Shown here: in pieces, positions 42,499 through 54,146 of the stretch
Numbering within the stretch: position 1 is the stretch's first letter
How the letters are laid out: each line of letters begins with the position of its first letter
Assembly: GCF_006345805.1 (NCBI RefSeq)
Contig: NC_042999.1
Location: forward strand, 82,212,001-82,276,000
Origin: Octopus sinensis
Taxonomy: Eukaryota
DNA: 64,000 bases
Direction: 5' to 3'
Notes under the pieces: model-generated
Database searches by the model: none
The model's input: the letters and a program-made list of their open reading frames with translations, nothing else
Told to the model about the DNA's origin: nothing
Position numbers and translations under genes: made by a program

Positions 42499-45468
42499 AC
42501 AACATCAACAAAAATAATAAAACCAATAACTATAATAAAAATAATAATAATTTTAACATCGAAAACAAAATTGAAGATTTTGTAATTTAAAGTTCAAATG
42601 TTCAAATTGAATTAAAGAATATAGAAGTATAGAATGAGATCGATTAATTTTTCTAAAATGAAAAAAATGAATAAACATAAAAGAAGAAATATCAAATTTA
42701 ATCGCCAACACGAATAGAAAAATCACAGAAATTATATTTCCATAACGGCAAAACATCCTGTCTTCTTTTGTTTCTTGTTTTGTTTTGTGTAGGTTTTCAT
42801 TCTTTTGTCTCCTTATTTTACTTTCATTTTATACGTTGTTGGTGAAGAAGAAAAGTATTTTGTCACTGTTTTTTTTCTGGATTTCTTTTTGTTGTTGTTG
42901 AGGTTATTGTTATAGTTGTTGTAGTAGTTCTTGTTTATGCTTTTAAATATGTTCTCTGAGTGATTATATACCTGCTGATTCTCTCAATCTTGGGAAATTT
43001 AAGTGAAGAAAGAGAAAATAAAGTTACGAAATACAATAGAAATGTTTCCAAAATGTTTATTGTGAGATTCATAGTAAATTAGAACGCAAGTTCTCGCGTT
43101 AAGCCCAACATCTCTTAATTATATCTAGTTTGCGCAGCTCAGTTCTTATTTACACCCAGGGAAGCGAATTCTTATAAATAGTGACATTTGGAAATTCAGT
43201 ATATTTAATGTAAAGAGGGAGACGGTATACAATTTCCTCAATGTTGTGTATGATAATGTTAATGTTATAGGTCTTCTGGTTGTAATTATTCTTGTTTAAA
43301 ATCTATTGTTTGATAATGAAACATATCACATTATCAATGAATGGTGACGAATCAACAATAAATAAATACCACGTTAGGAATAAGCAATAATGAACACTCA
43401 AAATCCAACGAATAATGTCCAGTGATGACAAATAAACAATGAATAACCAATGACCAATAACCGATAATGATTCACCAATACACACCTGTAACTAATTAAA
43501 CTTCATAGTAATTTATAATACTAACAAATTCATCTTATCGAATTCGTACATCGTTCGTCTACTAACATAATGGAGTTGCTGTCTACATCACTTGTGATTG
43601 CATTTATTACTCCATTCGATAATGGTTTGTATTGCCGCTAATATTATGATTCTTTAGCCAAGACATGAGAGTCTAAAATAGGGCTTACAACAGGTATTAT
43701 GAAAACAAAAATCACGTGATGATGGTAACAAACGCTAACAACACAGCATTGGTCAGTTGCTATATATGAGCGCAAGTATGGTTGTCCCTTTAAAATACTC
43801 GCTTTTCAATCGTGCTGTCGTCTTTAAAAAACCACGTGTTAAACTACAACGATGAAATATGGGAGAAGTCTGTTATATGAACATGTGTGTGTGTAGGTGT
43901 GTGAGTGCGTGTGTGTATATATATATACACGAATGAATTCGCCATTTCCAGTTTGTCTGCTGGTGCCATGAGAAATGCATCTATTTTGTGAGAGGCAAGA
44001 TTCTCAGCAATATTCTAGCACCTGTTTCTTTTTATGTTGACATGAACTGGAAAGGTAATAGGGAGAATATAATACATTCGTTAAAAATTTTGTTTGATAT
44101 TCTGCATATTTAATACAGTGGGCAAACGAAAGAAAGGGGCACTCAACACTTATAGCAAGAGTTACGTGTTATTATCTAAAACAGATTGATTTGGCCCTAT
44201 GCAGCTTAAAGAATCGTAGACTCGTGTCAAGAACCTAGTTGGTCGGGCTCACGAGGCAGAATGGACAGGTGTATGAACTCCTGCATGACTACTGGAAGCT
44301 GAGATGCTATTGGTCAAGGCGATTGACATGGTGTTGTTAGAAATAGTACTGAAATTACAGCGACATCAAATACATAAAAGTAGCGATCCTAAAATCTGAA
44401 TTTCTTGGACGGGAAGTGGGTGGCGTCTCGCTGTCTATATGCAAAGAAACTTCAAATGACATCGAATCGATTGCCGGTAGATTGTGTATGTGTGCGTGTG
44501 TGAGTGTGTGTGTGAGTGTGAGTGTGTATATATGTGTGCGTGTGCTTGCTACATGAATGGGTGAATTTGCGTGTTTGCTGCGTATGTGTGTGTATCTGCT
44601 ACGTGTGGGATGGAGGAAGGTACGTGCGCCTGTAAGTTGGCCTGTGAGTGAGCGCTATTGGCACCAGCTCGATGAAGCGTATGGACATGTTTGTGTACAT
44701 ATGGATGCAGGTGCCTATAAGCTGTGAGTGTGTGTGTTTGCGTGCGCTTATACCATATATGTGACAGATGTGTATTTCAGCTGCCTATGTATCAGGTGTG
44801 TGTGTGTGTGTATGTGTGTGAGTGCGTACGGGCAAATAAGCACGGGTGTGTGCGTGCGTTTGTGTGCGTGAGAGTGTGTATGGCCAAATAGTATACGTTA
44901 GTGCGTGCCGTATGCATGTGTGCATACGTAAGTGTTTTGGTTGCATGTAAGAGTGTGCGTGCGTATTAGTGTCTGATTTACGTGAGTATGCACATTTCTG
45001 CACTTATATGTATGTCTATATATCTATGACATGCACACATTCATGTGTGTGCATGTCAATCTGGATGAATGGTTTTTACGTGTGTGCGTTTGAGTGTTTA
45101 TATCTGGTGTGTATGTATATGGGTCATTCTAATATTTAAGTGTGTGTTTGTGCGTGTGTGTTTGTATGTATGTGTTTGTGCGTGTACGATTGTATGTGCG
45201 TGTGTGTGTATGTGTGTGTGTGTGTGTGTGCGTGTGTGTGTGTGTGTGTCATGTATATGACATCGATCGTCATAAATCACAGAAAATGCATAGGCCTAGA
45301 AAGTCACTCTGTTGTTTTTGCAGGTAGCGGTAGATAGGTACCTACTCTTGGTTATATATATATATATATATGAACTTAATAGGTAAAACACTCTTGCTCC
45401 TAATATATGAGAAAGAGGAAAGATACGTCTACCAATTGTATGTGGTTCGTGTGTATGTGCGAATGTGC

Positions 45469-45504
<36 letters not shown>

Positions 45505-46229
45505 AAGTCAAGTTGTAAGGTGCCGCACGAGTGGAAATATATATGAAAGAAGGATTGAAAATGCAATTTTAAAGATGTTTATTCACTTGACCGGTTTCAC
45601 TTTTATAGAAAAAGATTGTCAAAAGTAAAATGTAAAGCTTTGTATAAACTTTGTTGTGTTGAGTACTGGTTGTCACAAAAGTATTACCCTAAAGAATAGA
45701 CCTGCCACCACAGAACAGGAAAATTTATACCGTAGCTGTATTTCGTATAATGTATAAAAGCGAGTTCCAGCTGTTCTTCAATGTCAATGCAGAGTAACAA
45801 AACAAGGACATTTTCAACAATACAGATGCAATGTACAATATGAAATGAAAAACATATTAGTCACACATATATTATGCATGTACCCTAGTTCTAAAATTGA
45901 TGTAATTTTAAAATTTTATGAAAAAATACAATTCCACAAAATAATGGACCACATTGCGGAAACATCACAATTAAAAATCTTCTCGTCAATGGGAAATCAC
46001 ACATTTCAAAGCTAAAGAACCTACTTTAAAATTTTTCTTTCAGTGTACAAACGAAATTTCCAGGCATCACACTTCAAACTCGTAGATCCAAAGCACAATA
46101 AGAAAACTCTGAATGCATCGTCAGTTGAAAATAAATGTGTGTGTGTGCGCGCGCGCGCGTGTATGTATTTAGGTGTGAGTTCGTATGTGTGTTTGTGTGT
46201 GACGCTCCTGTTGATTTTGACGGATGGTC

Positions 46230-47540
46230 CCAGCATCAGGCTTAGACGTTTCACAGCGATGCAGAATGTTAATCAACCTGATGTTGATAACAGAAGCCCG
46301 TTTGCAAAAACCATAGAGGAATGATGGACTTCCGCTTTGGATTTTATGCCCCATTCGTCTTTGTAAGCTTTCATCTGACGAGAGGAATCTATTAACTGTT
46401 GTATTATATGCTGTCCTGTTATTAGAAACACTTCTGGGATTCTTGAGATCAATGTGGCACGATTTTGAGCCACTTTTTCATGTGTCTTTGAAAAGCAGCT
46501 TGGGTTTTACTCTTCCTCCTCCTCCTCTTTCGGAAACTAAAAGATTTGCCACTGCTTTGGAATCCTAATATTTATAGCTTAAATGCTCTATCCATCACAT
46601 AAGATTGTCGCTCTCATAAGATTAGCATCATGCTCGGTTGTTATGCTAGCTGCAAATATTTCAATGGTGACAATTTTAATGGGTATGAATTGTTTAAAGA
46701 TTTTATGGGCAACACAAAAAGAAAATTATTCAGCATCTGTTTGAGTCTTAAAAATTATTTGATACGAAACCATAAGGCGAATTACTAAGGTTGTACACTG
46801 TTTTCACTGTGAAGGCGCATGGCTCAGTGGTTAGAGCGTCGGGCTTACGATCATGAGGTTGTGAGCTCGAATCCCGGACCGGGCTGCGTGTTGTGTTCTC
46901 GAGCAAGGCACTTTATTTCACGTTGCTCCAGTTCACTCAGCTGTAGAAATGAGTTGCGACGTCACTGGTGCCAAGCTGTATCGACCTTTGTCTTTCCTTT
47001 GGATAACACTGGTGGCGTGGAGAGGGGAGGCTGGTATGCATGGGCGACTGCTGGCCTTCCATAAACAACCTTGCCCGGACTTGTATCTAGGAAGGTAACT
47101 TTCTAGGTGCAATCCCATGGTCATTCATGACCGAAGGGGGTCTTTTACACTGTTTTCAGTCTTATCGTATTTGTTCCACAGAGCAATTTGTTCTCCCATA
47201 CCAATTTTGAAAATTTTCCAAATATTGCAGCTGCCATATATCTTTACGAAGTGATGTGAATATAAGCACTGTATTCTCGTAATATGACCACTAGTTTCAT
47301 AAAGCTAATCTTTAGGGAAAGGGGTTTGCATATGAAGGAAAGCTTGCTAATCGATTATTGCAGGCCTGTGCCTGCAGCAAAGGTTTGATTGCAGGGTGAA
47401 CAACCAATACCACATTATCAGCAAACATATGGTCTTGAAATATAGACCCAGATCCTTTGCTTTTGTACTCAACTAAATGAAGATGAAGGAAATATATACG
47501 TGCTTCAATGGTAGAAGACATCACCAGCTGCTTGTTTCAT
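46230..47540 (-). mobile_element. RTE-clade LINE fragment (RT core to C-terminus), decayed
   Basis: DHMFADNVVLVVH (degenerate FADD motif) near 47370-47400; KPKLLFKDT*K...CHIDLK (RTE C-terminal signature) near 46440-46510. Confidence 0.7.
46807..47145 (+). mobile_element. SINE family C (tRNA-derived, OR-like), full length, 13-bp TSD
   Basis: A box GGCTCAGTGGTTAGAGC and B-box-like GCTCGAATCCC; TACACTGTTTTCA at 46794-46806 and 47146-47158. Confidence 0.93.
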
Positions 47541-47818
47541 AAAATGTACATCACATCAAAATATTTTTCTGTGTGATTAACTGGCAAAATATATGACCAT
47601 CCACCAAAATAACAATATCTGTTTCAACACACGATTTCACGCCAGGAATCTTGCAAAAAAAAAAAAAACATAAACGTAACGTACACATGGGACACCCACT
47701 ATTGAAAAGACTGCAATGCGCAACGAAAATTCAAGAAAAATAAATGAGTGGAAATTTTACCGGTGAATGTATAAAATTATAAGGCACTAAAAGAGAATGG
47801 CTCTCCCCAGACACAATA

Positions 47819-47852
<34 letters not shown>

Positions 47853-47856
<4 letters not shown>

Positions 47857-48015
47857 AGAATTCCCGAAAAACCAAAACACGAACACAGGTGGTATAGACA
47901 ACAAAGCGATGTATTAGTTTAACGCTCAGGAAGTGAAAAAGTCTCTAACGTTTGGCACCTAAGCTCTTCCACAGAAAGGAACGCAGAAAGAAACAAGGAT
48001 AGAAAATAACGAAAA
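47853..48015 (-). mobile_element. PLE-tail-like short repeat with degenerate hammerhead
   Basis: Minus strand CTTT-CTGTGGA-A-GAGC-TTAG-GTGC-CAAA-C-GTT-AGAG (47943-47978); abuts (TA)n. Confidence 0.6.
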
Positions 48016-49104
48016 TAAAGAATATAAAGTATATATATATATATATAAAGTATGGGGCTTTATTTCACAAGTCATCTAAACGACTACGTACGCTAGGTAA
48101 GTGCTGTAACGGATCACTATTAGACTTCCTTCCCAACCCCTACAGAGTAGTAGAATACCACTGGTACCTATTTTCTTTGAATTCCTTTCGTTTTACTTTA
48201 TTCTGTTTCACTACGTTATCTTCCTTTACCTCCTCCTCTCTCCTTATTTATCCTTAAATATTTATTTATCACATGGTTATTTCTGTATGCTTATATTCTT
48301 ATACATCTTATTTTATTTTATCTTTAATGCCAATCCTTAATTTCCTCCTTCACTCTCTCTATATCTCTTTATTTATTATTCTTCCTTTTTACCATCCAAT
48401 AGCCACGATACGTTCGCATCTATTTCTGGATATTTACACTATTAGGATTTTAATCTACTTGGATTTACACAGGATTACACCTAAGGACTTACGAACTTAC
48501 TTCTACATGATCGGAAAGTTTAAACTGTGAACTTTTATGCTCTTTTTTCTACTCTTCGTCTCCTTATTCATTTACTCCTGTCTTCTGAGTTGACATTTTA
48601 TTAATTTATACCCTTCTGATTTTCCTCATTAGTCTCCAACGACGACATATCCCATACCCTTCGATATCCCAGAAACAGCTGTCAGACTTCGAATATTTCT
48701 AATAATACTAACGTATATGACTTGAAATGTTTGTCTTGCCTTAACGTTTACTGCCCTCTAACAATTATATATATATATATATATATATACATATAGTCAA
48801 TGTTGTGTTCCAGCATGGCCGCAGTCAGATGGCTAAAATGAGTAAAAGACTAACTGAATATGAGTGTGTGTGTATAAATATTCTGTTACTCTTTCACTTG
48901 TTTCAGTCATTCGACTGGAGCAATGCTGAAGCGCTGCCTTTAGTCGAATGAATCGAGCCCAGAACTTGTAAGCCTAGTACTTATTCTTTCAGTATCTTTT
49001 GCTGAACCGCTATGTTACGGGGACGTAAACACACTAATATCGATTGTCAAGCGATGCTGGGGGTACAAACACAGACACACAAATACATTCATATGCATAT
49101 ATAT

Positions 49105-49649
49105 ATAGAAATATTAAAATTACTAAGTCTCTCTAAAAGAGAACAGCGGCAGCGTTCCCGGAAAATAATAGTTATCGCCATACTAATATGGCATTCTTAT
49201 AAAAATAAGAATAAAGCTGTCCGCTTATTAGCTCCATGAGGCCATCGCCTTAAGTTAGCTATTTGATACACAAACTGTATCCATATAACCTACGAACAAG
49301 GGAGGTCAGTCGCTCCACACTACTTGACCGGCAGCTACAGACGCGTTTCGGGGTATTGCCCCTTTTCAATGCAGCGTAGCCAGCCAGTAGGTGTCGCTTC
49401 CGACAATCTCTGTTCGATGGTTTTATTTACCTAGTTTCGGTGGAATACATCCACTTGTTTTCAATAATAGAAATATTAAAATTACTAAGTCTCTCTAAAA
49501 GAGAACAGCGGCAGCGTTCCCGGAAAATAATAGTTATCGCCACACTAATATGGCATTCTTATAAAAATAAGAATAAAGCTCTCCGCTTATTAGCTCCATT
49601 CTTATTTTTATAAGAATGCCATATTAGTATGGCGATAACTATTATTTTC
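49105..49649 (-). mobile_element. Non-coding 362-bp partial tandem repeat with hammerhead (retrozyme / PLE pseudo-LTR candidate)
   Basis: 49105-49237 repeats at 49467-49599 (133 bp, 2 mismatches); 49600-49649 is an inverted copy of 49161-49210. Confidence 0.8.
49320..49390 (-). ncRNA. Type I hammerhead ribozyme with U3-A8 core variant
   Basis: GCTGCA-TTGAAAA-GGGG-CAATA-CCCC-GAAA-C-GC-GTC-TGTAGC. Stem I extends via GGCTGG/CCGGTC and CTACT/AGTAG beyond an internal loop. Confidence 0.8.
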
Positions 49650-49748
49650 ATATATATATATAAACATAGTCAAAAGGCGATAAAATAAATTATTATCGCC
49701 GGTGATCTAGCACAAAAGACATTTTAGCCATAGGCTATATGTTATTCA

Positions 49749-50049
49749 TATATAAGTACATTAAAAGGCTTCTAAAAGAAGAAGTGAGTACTAGATACAC
49801 AAAAGTTGGATAAATTCAGTGAAATGAAAATTAATAACGTTTACAAACTCGGTTCATCTTATACTGCAGTTTCGTCTGAAGAATCTGACCTGAGCAGATA
49901 AATTATATTAATGTTGAAAAAGACGAAACTGCAGTATAAGATGAACCGAGTTTGTAAACGTTTTAAATTTTCATTTCACTGAATTTATCCAACTTTTGTG
50001 TATCTAGTACTCACTTCTTCTTTTAGAAGCCTTTTAATGTACTTATATA
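49749..50049. mobile_element. 301-bp fold-back element (129-bp arms, 43-bp spacer) in TA context
   Basis: Arms are reverse complementary with about 2 mismatches. Confidence 0.9.
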
Positions 50050-50062
50050 ATATATATATATA

Positions 50063-50149
<87 letters not shown>

Positions 50150-50152
50150 GTA

Positions 50153-50199
<47 letters not shown>

Positions 50200-50581
50200 T
50201 ATATACACGACAGTCTTCTTTCAGTTTCCGACTACCAAATTCACCCACAAATCCTTCGTCGGCCCGAGGCTATAGTAGATATAGTAGAAGCACTTGGGAC
50301 TGAATCGGGAACCAAGCTTCTTACCACCCAGCCACTCTAGAAGAAAGGAGAACTGCAAGAAGTCGCAGTACTTTTGAATATTATCTAGTGAAACTCCGTT
50401 AGCTTTCCCAAGTTAATATAATATAGATCGTCAGCCAATAATATAATATGCCTCGAGTGTCAGTATTTTAATTATTGTTCATCGTAAAGAGTGATATAAT
50501 ATTAAAAGGAAATAATTCCTTGAAGTAAAATTTATAAAAATTTGTTTAGAATAAATACTTAGCAAAAATGTAGTATATATG

Positions 50582-50635
<54 letters not shown>

Positions 50636-51945
50636 TATATATATTATATATATATATACATACATACATACATAATACATACATACATACATACATACAT
50701 ACATACATACATACATACACTAAATGAAAATTAACCCAAATAAATTTTTCCTCTGTAATTTGGGACATTTCCTCGCTAGGATTGTAAAGACAATAACTAG
50801 ATATCAAACCGTATCTGCTGTAAGGCAATCACGCAAATGTAAAAACAATTTACTATGAGGATAATTAATTTTGAAAAAACTCTATAACATACATGTCTAT
50901 AAGAAAATCGTAGCTGAAACACCTGTCGTTTTTGACAGCACTAGTAGACTGGCAACTAGATATTATGTATAGATTATAATTCGAGGATTGGAGCTTAATT
51001 TTGTCGAGCTTCTGTTACAAAATGTATCGATGTACTTTATGCTTTTGCCAAGGGCATTACGGACGTAAATGAAATAGCTAGAGCTATAACTGGTAATTGA
51101 AACCGGCTTGCACGCTTAGCTCAACGGGGGATGCTTGCATTCTACTGCACAGTGCTCTTTCACTTTCGCTCTTAATATAATATAAATCGAAAGTCTTCGG
51201 CTCCATTTACGATTTCATCGCTTTCAATGTGTGTGGGAAATTTCACAGCAAGAAGCTGTTCCATTAACAGAGTAGAGACAGTTATAATACCGAAGGAAGA
51301 AAGCTGCAGCCAGCTGGAAGTTAAATGCTATCGTAAAACTCATTTTGCTGTTGTGTTCGTGTTGAGGAGATACTGAAGAATATTCTTCGGTTGAGAATTT
51401 TATCACTTTTTACATTTTACGTCTTTCTCAACAGGATAGATTTATTTAGAGAAACCTCCCGAAGGCTTATATTTATTACTTACATCATATGAACGCTGGA
51501 CGTTCATAATTTTCACACATTTCGCGGTGGCGAAAGGAGAAAACGCGATAGCAATATATGCAAAATGCGTTCATAGATTCCATACAACTGTATTTGGTGC
51601 GCGCGTTTGCATGTATTTATAAACATATGGATGGCTGGCTGGCTGGATGGATGGATGACTGACTGGATGGATGGATGGATGGATGGATGGATGGATGGAC
51701 GGGTGGATGAGGCTCTTGATTAAATGGTGACCAAATTTTATTGGGGAACTCAATATGCTGTAAAAGTTAAGTATATATTCTATTTTAACTTTTTACTGCG
51801 GGCATATTTGTAACAGTAGACAAATTTCATCCATAATATGTTCTGAGTAGCGTTACTTTTACCACATATTCCACAATGACCACACCGAAATATAAAGCGA
51901 CACGTGAATGTAGTATATATATATATATATATGTATATATATTAT

Positions 51946-52017
<72 letters not shown>

Positions 52018-52032
52018 TACACGTGAATGTAG

Positions 52033-52070
<38 letters not shown>

Positions 52071-52102
52071 ATATATGTATATATATATGTGTGTGTGTGT
52101 GT

Positions 52103-52135
<33 letters not shown>

Positions 52136-52549
52136 ATGTTAAGTTCCTCCTTCACCAAAAAGCAGTCACAGAGAATTGGCCGTAACAGGGATGATTCTAC
52201 TGGCGGTATCCTAGCATGCCCACAGTCTTAGGGCTGAAACGTGTACAAGAATAAAAGAACGGACAGACAGACAGACAACGATCTATTCTGTCGAAACTAC
52301 ATATGGAGTGTTCAGGGAATAAACAGAAAAATAAATCCAACCAAACAGACAATCAACAACACAAATTATTATTATAGTATTCATCAATGTTTACAATTCA
52401 TTCACTTCACCCGGTGACTCTTCATGTGTGTCCTCAGGCCACCAAAAGCAATATGGATATGAGCATGACTTAATAAACTAGCATGTGATCTAGCTGAAAA
52501 ATCATAATCTGAACAATGGTTATTAGCAGGAAGACTGTTGTTCTGTTAC

Positions 52550-53100
52550 TCTATTTTCTTATCTTCCCGTAATTTCTCTTAATGAAGTACTATTTGAATT
52601 TTTAAATTTTGAGGCTGAAATAAGTACATTCTCCTCTTTCTGCACGGTTTCTCGCAAGATTCTGAACGTTTCCTTTCAAGCGCTTCAAATTGTCTTTGAA
52701 TTTGTTATTATAACATAGAAGTGGCTGTCCTACTTTGCTTTACAACCTGACCATAAATACGATGGCGTCCACACCATCACATCTGAGACTTGATCAAGAA
52801 AGCTTCTATACCGGGTATTCCGCACATTTCCACGACAGTGCTATTCTTCACACTAGAATCCCAGTCAACCGTGCATATTTGCCAAAGACATCTCATACGG
52901 AAGCTATTCCTGTGTACCTGTGTGCCCAGGTCTCTGTTCCATGTAGGATAACTGACTCATGCACATCTGCTTTTGTCCTTACTGAAACATCAGGGTCATT
53001 CTAAGGTCTATCATAAAGCTTCCTAAAATCTGTACTGGCCTTTTTAATGCGAGTTTGGGAACACATATGTGAAAACATCATCAGGTTTCAAAGCTTTACC
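52550..53100 (-). mobile_element. RTE-clade LINE fragment, decayed
   Basis: SVILHGTETWAHR and GIEAFLIKSQM*WCG correspond to the RTE LLYGxETW and IEAMLLKxQLRWxGH segments. Confidence 0.7.
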
Positions 53101-53116
53101 CTCAGCAAATACGCTG

Positions 53117-53390
53117 TGGTAGCGCGTGGCTTAGTGATTAATGTGTTGGATTCATGATCGTAAGATTGTGATTTAGATTCCTGGACCGGGTGACGCATTG
53201 TGTTCTTGAGCAAAAACACCTAATTTCACGTGTCTCCGGCGCATTCAGCTGGCAAAAATGAGTAATCCTGCGACGGACCGACATACCGTTCACGTGCATA
53301 TTTTATATACGCCATGAAACCGGGAAACCCGTCCTTATGAGTTGGTATAACTCGAGAGGGCGACTGAGTGATGGAAGGGGCGCACTGTCT
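53117..53390 (+). mobile_element. SINE family C variant
   Basis: GTGGCTTAGTGATTAATGTG..GATTCCTGGACCGGGTGACGCATTGTGTTCTTGAGCAA..GAAACCGGGAAACC. Confidence 0.85.
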
Positions 53391-54061
53391 ATTGAATGTA
53401 ATTCGCTTCATCAAATACTATATGCGACGGGTTGTTTCCGAGGCAAATATTTTGTGGTGATAAACGTTGTTGGTGTAAACCAAACAGCAATTTCATGAAG
53501 TCACAAAAGATTATCAGAAGTCTGAATATTCACATTATATCTCTATTAGCAGTAGTAATTAGCAATAATTTGAAGTGAATAGAAGTGCATTACAGCCTAT
53601 TAATAAGAAAATGCTGCAGAAAAAGTCGAATCACCTGTCATATAATAAACTGTAATGATCGTGAAAAGCAGTATGTTGGAGTTTGGTATGGTAGGATGGC
53701 CTAAACTCTCGCCTACTTTATATGCGCTCGCATTGCGCTCTCCAAAGCCGTTCTTCTTAGCCCTGAAATGTCAGTTATTAGGAAAACAACACGGGATACT
53801 TAAATGCATACAATTCCAAAAACCTTATTGGAGAACAACCGTCTTTTTTATGCCGAAAGCTGTGTTCATTCACAGCCGCATTGAAAATTCAATTTGGACG
53901 GAAGCAGAAAAGTAGAGATGCTACTAGCTACTTTTGTCGGAAAAACTATCATCAGGGCTAAGGAATCATCTGGATAGCCTATCGTAATAATTTACCAAAC
54001 ATGTTACAAGGCACATATCTCCAATGACAAATTTAATTTTGCTGAAATCATGTTAACGACC

Positions 54062-54137
<76 letters not shown>

Positions 54138-54146
54138 TTATATATA

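Larger units (their letters stand above)
48885..50338 (-). mobile_element. SINE family A split by nested elements
   Basis: 3' half at 48885-49100 and head at 50205-50338; inserts lie in its internal TA tract. Confidence 0.8.

Noticed and set aside
46813-46885. Functional tRNA genes at SINE heads (also 39425-39505)
   Set aside because: A and B boxes are present, but the acceptor and anticodon stems do not pair and SINE body sequence follows.
49871-49930. CTGAAGA followed by an ATCTG/CAGAT stem in the spacer of the fold-back element
   Set aside because: There is no GAAA after the stem and no valid stem III or cleavage triplet.
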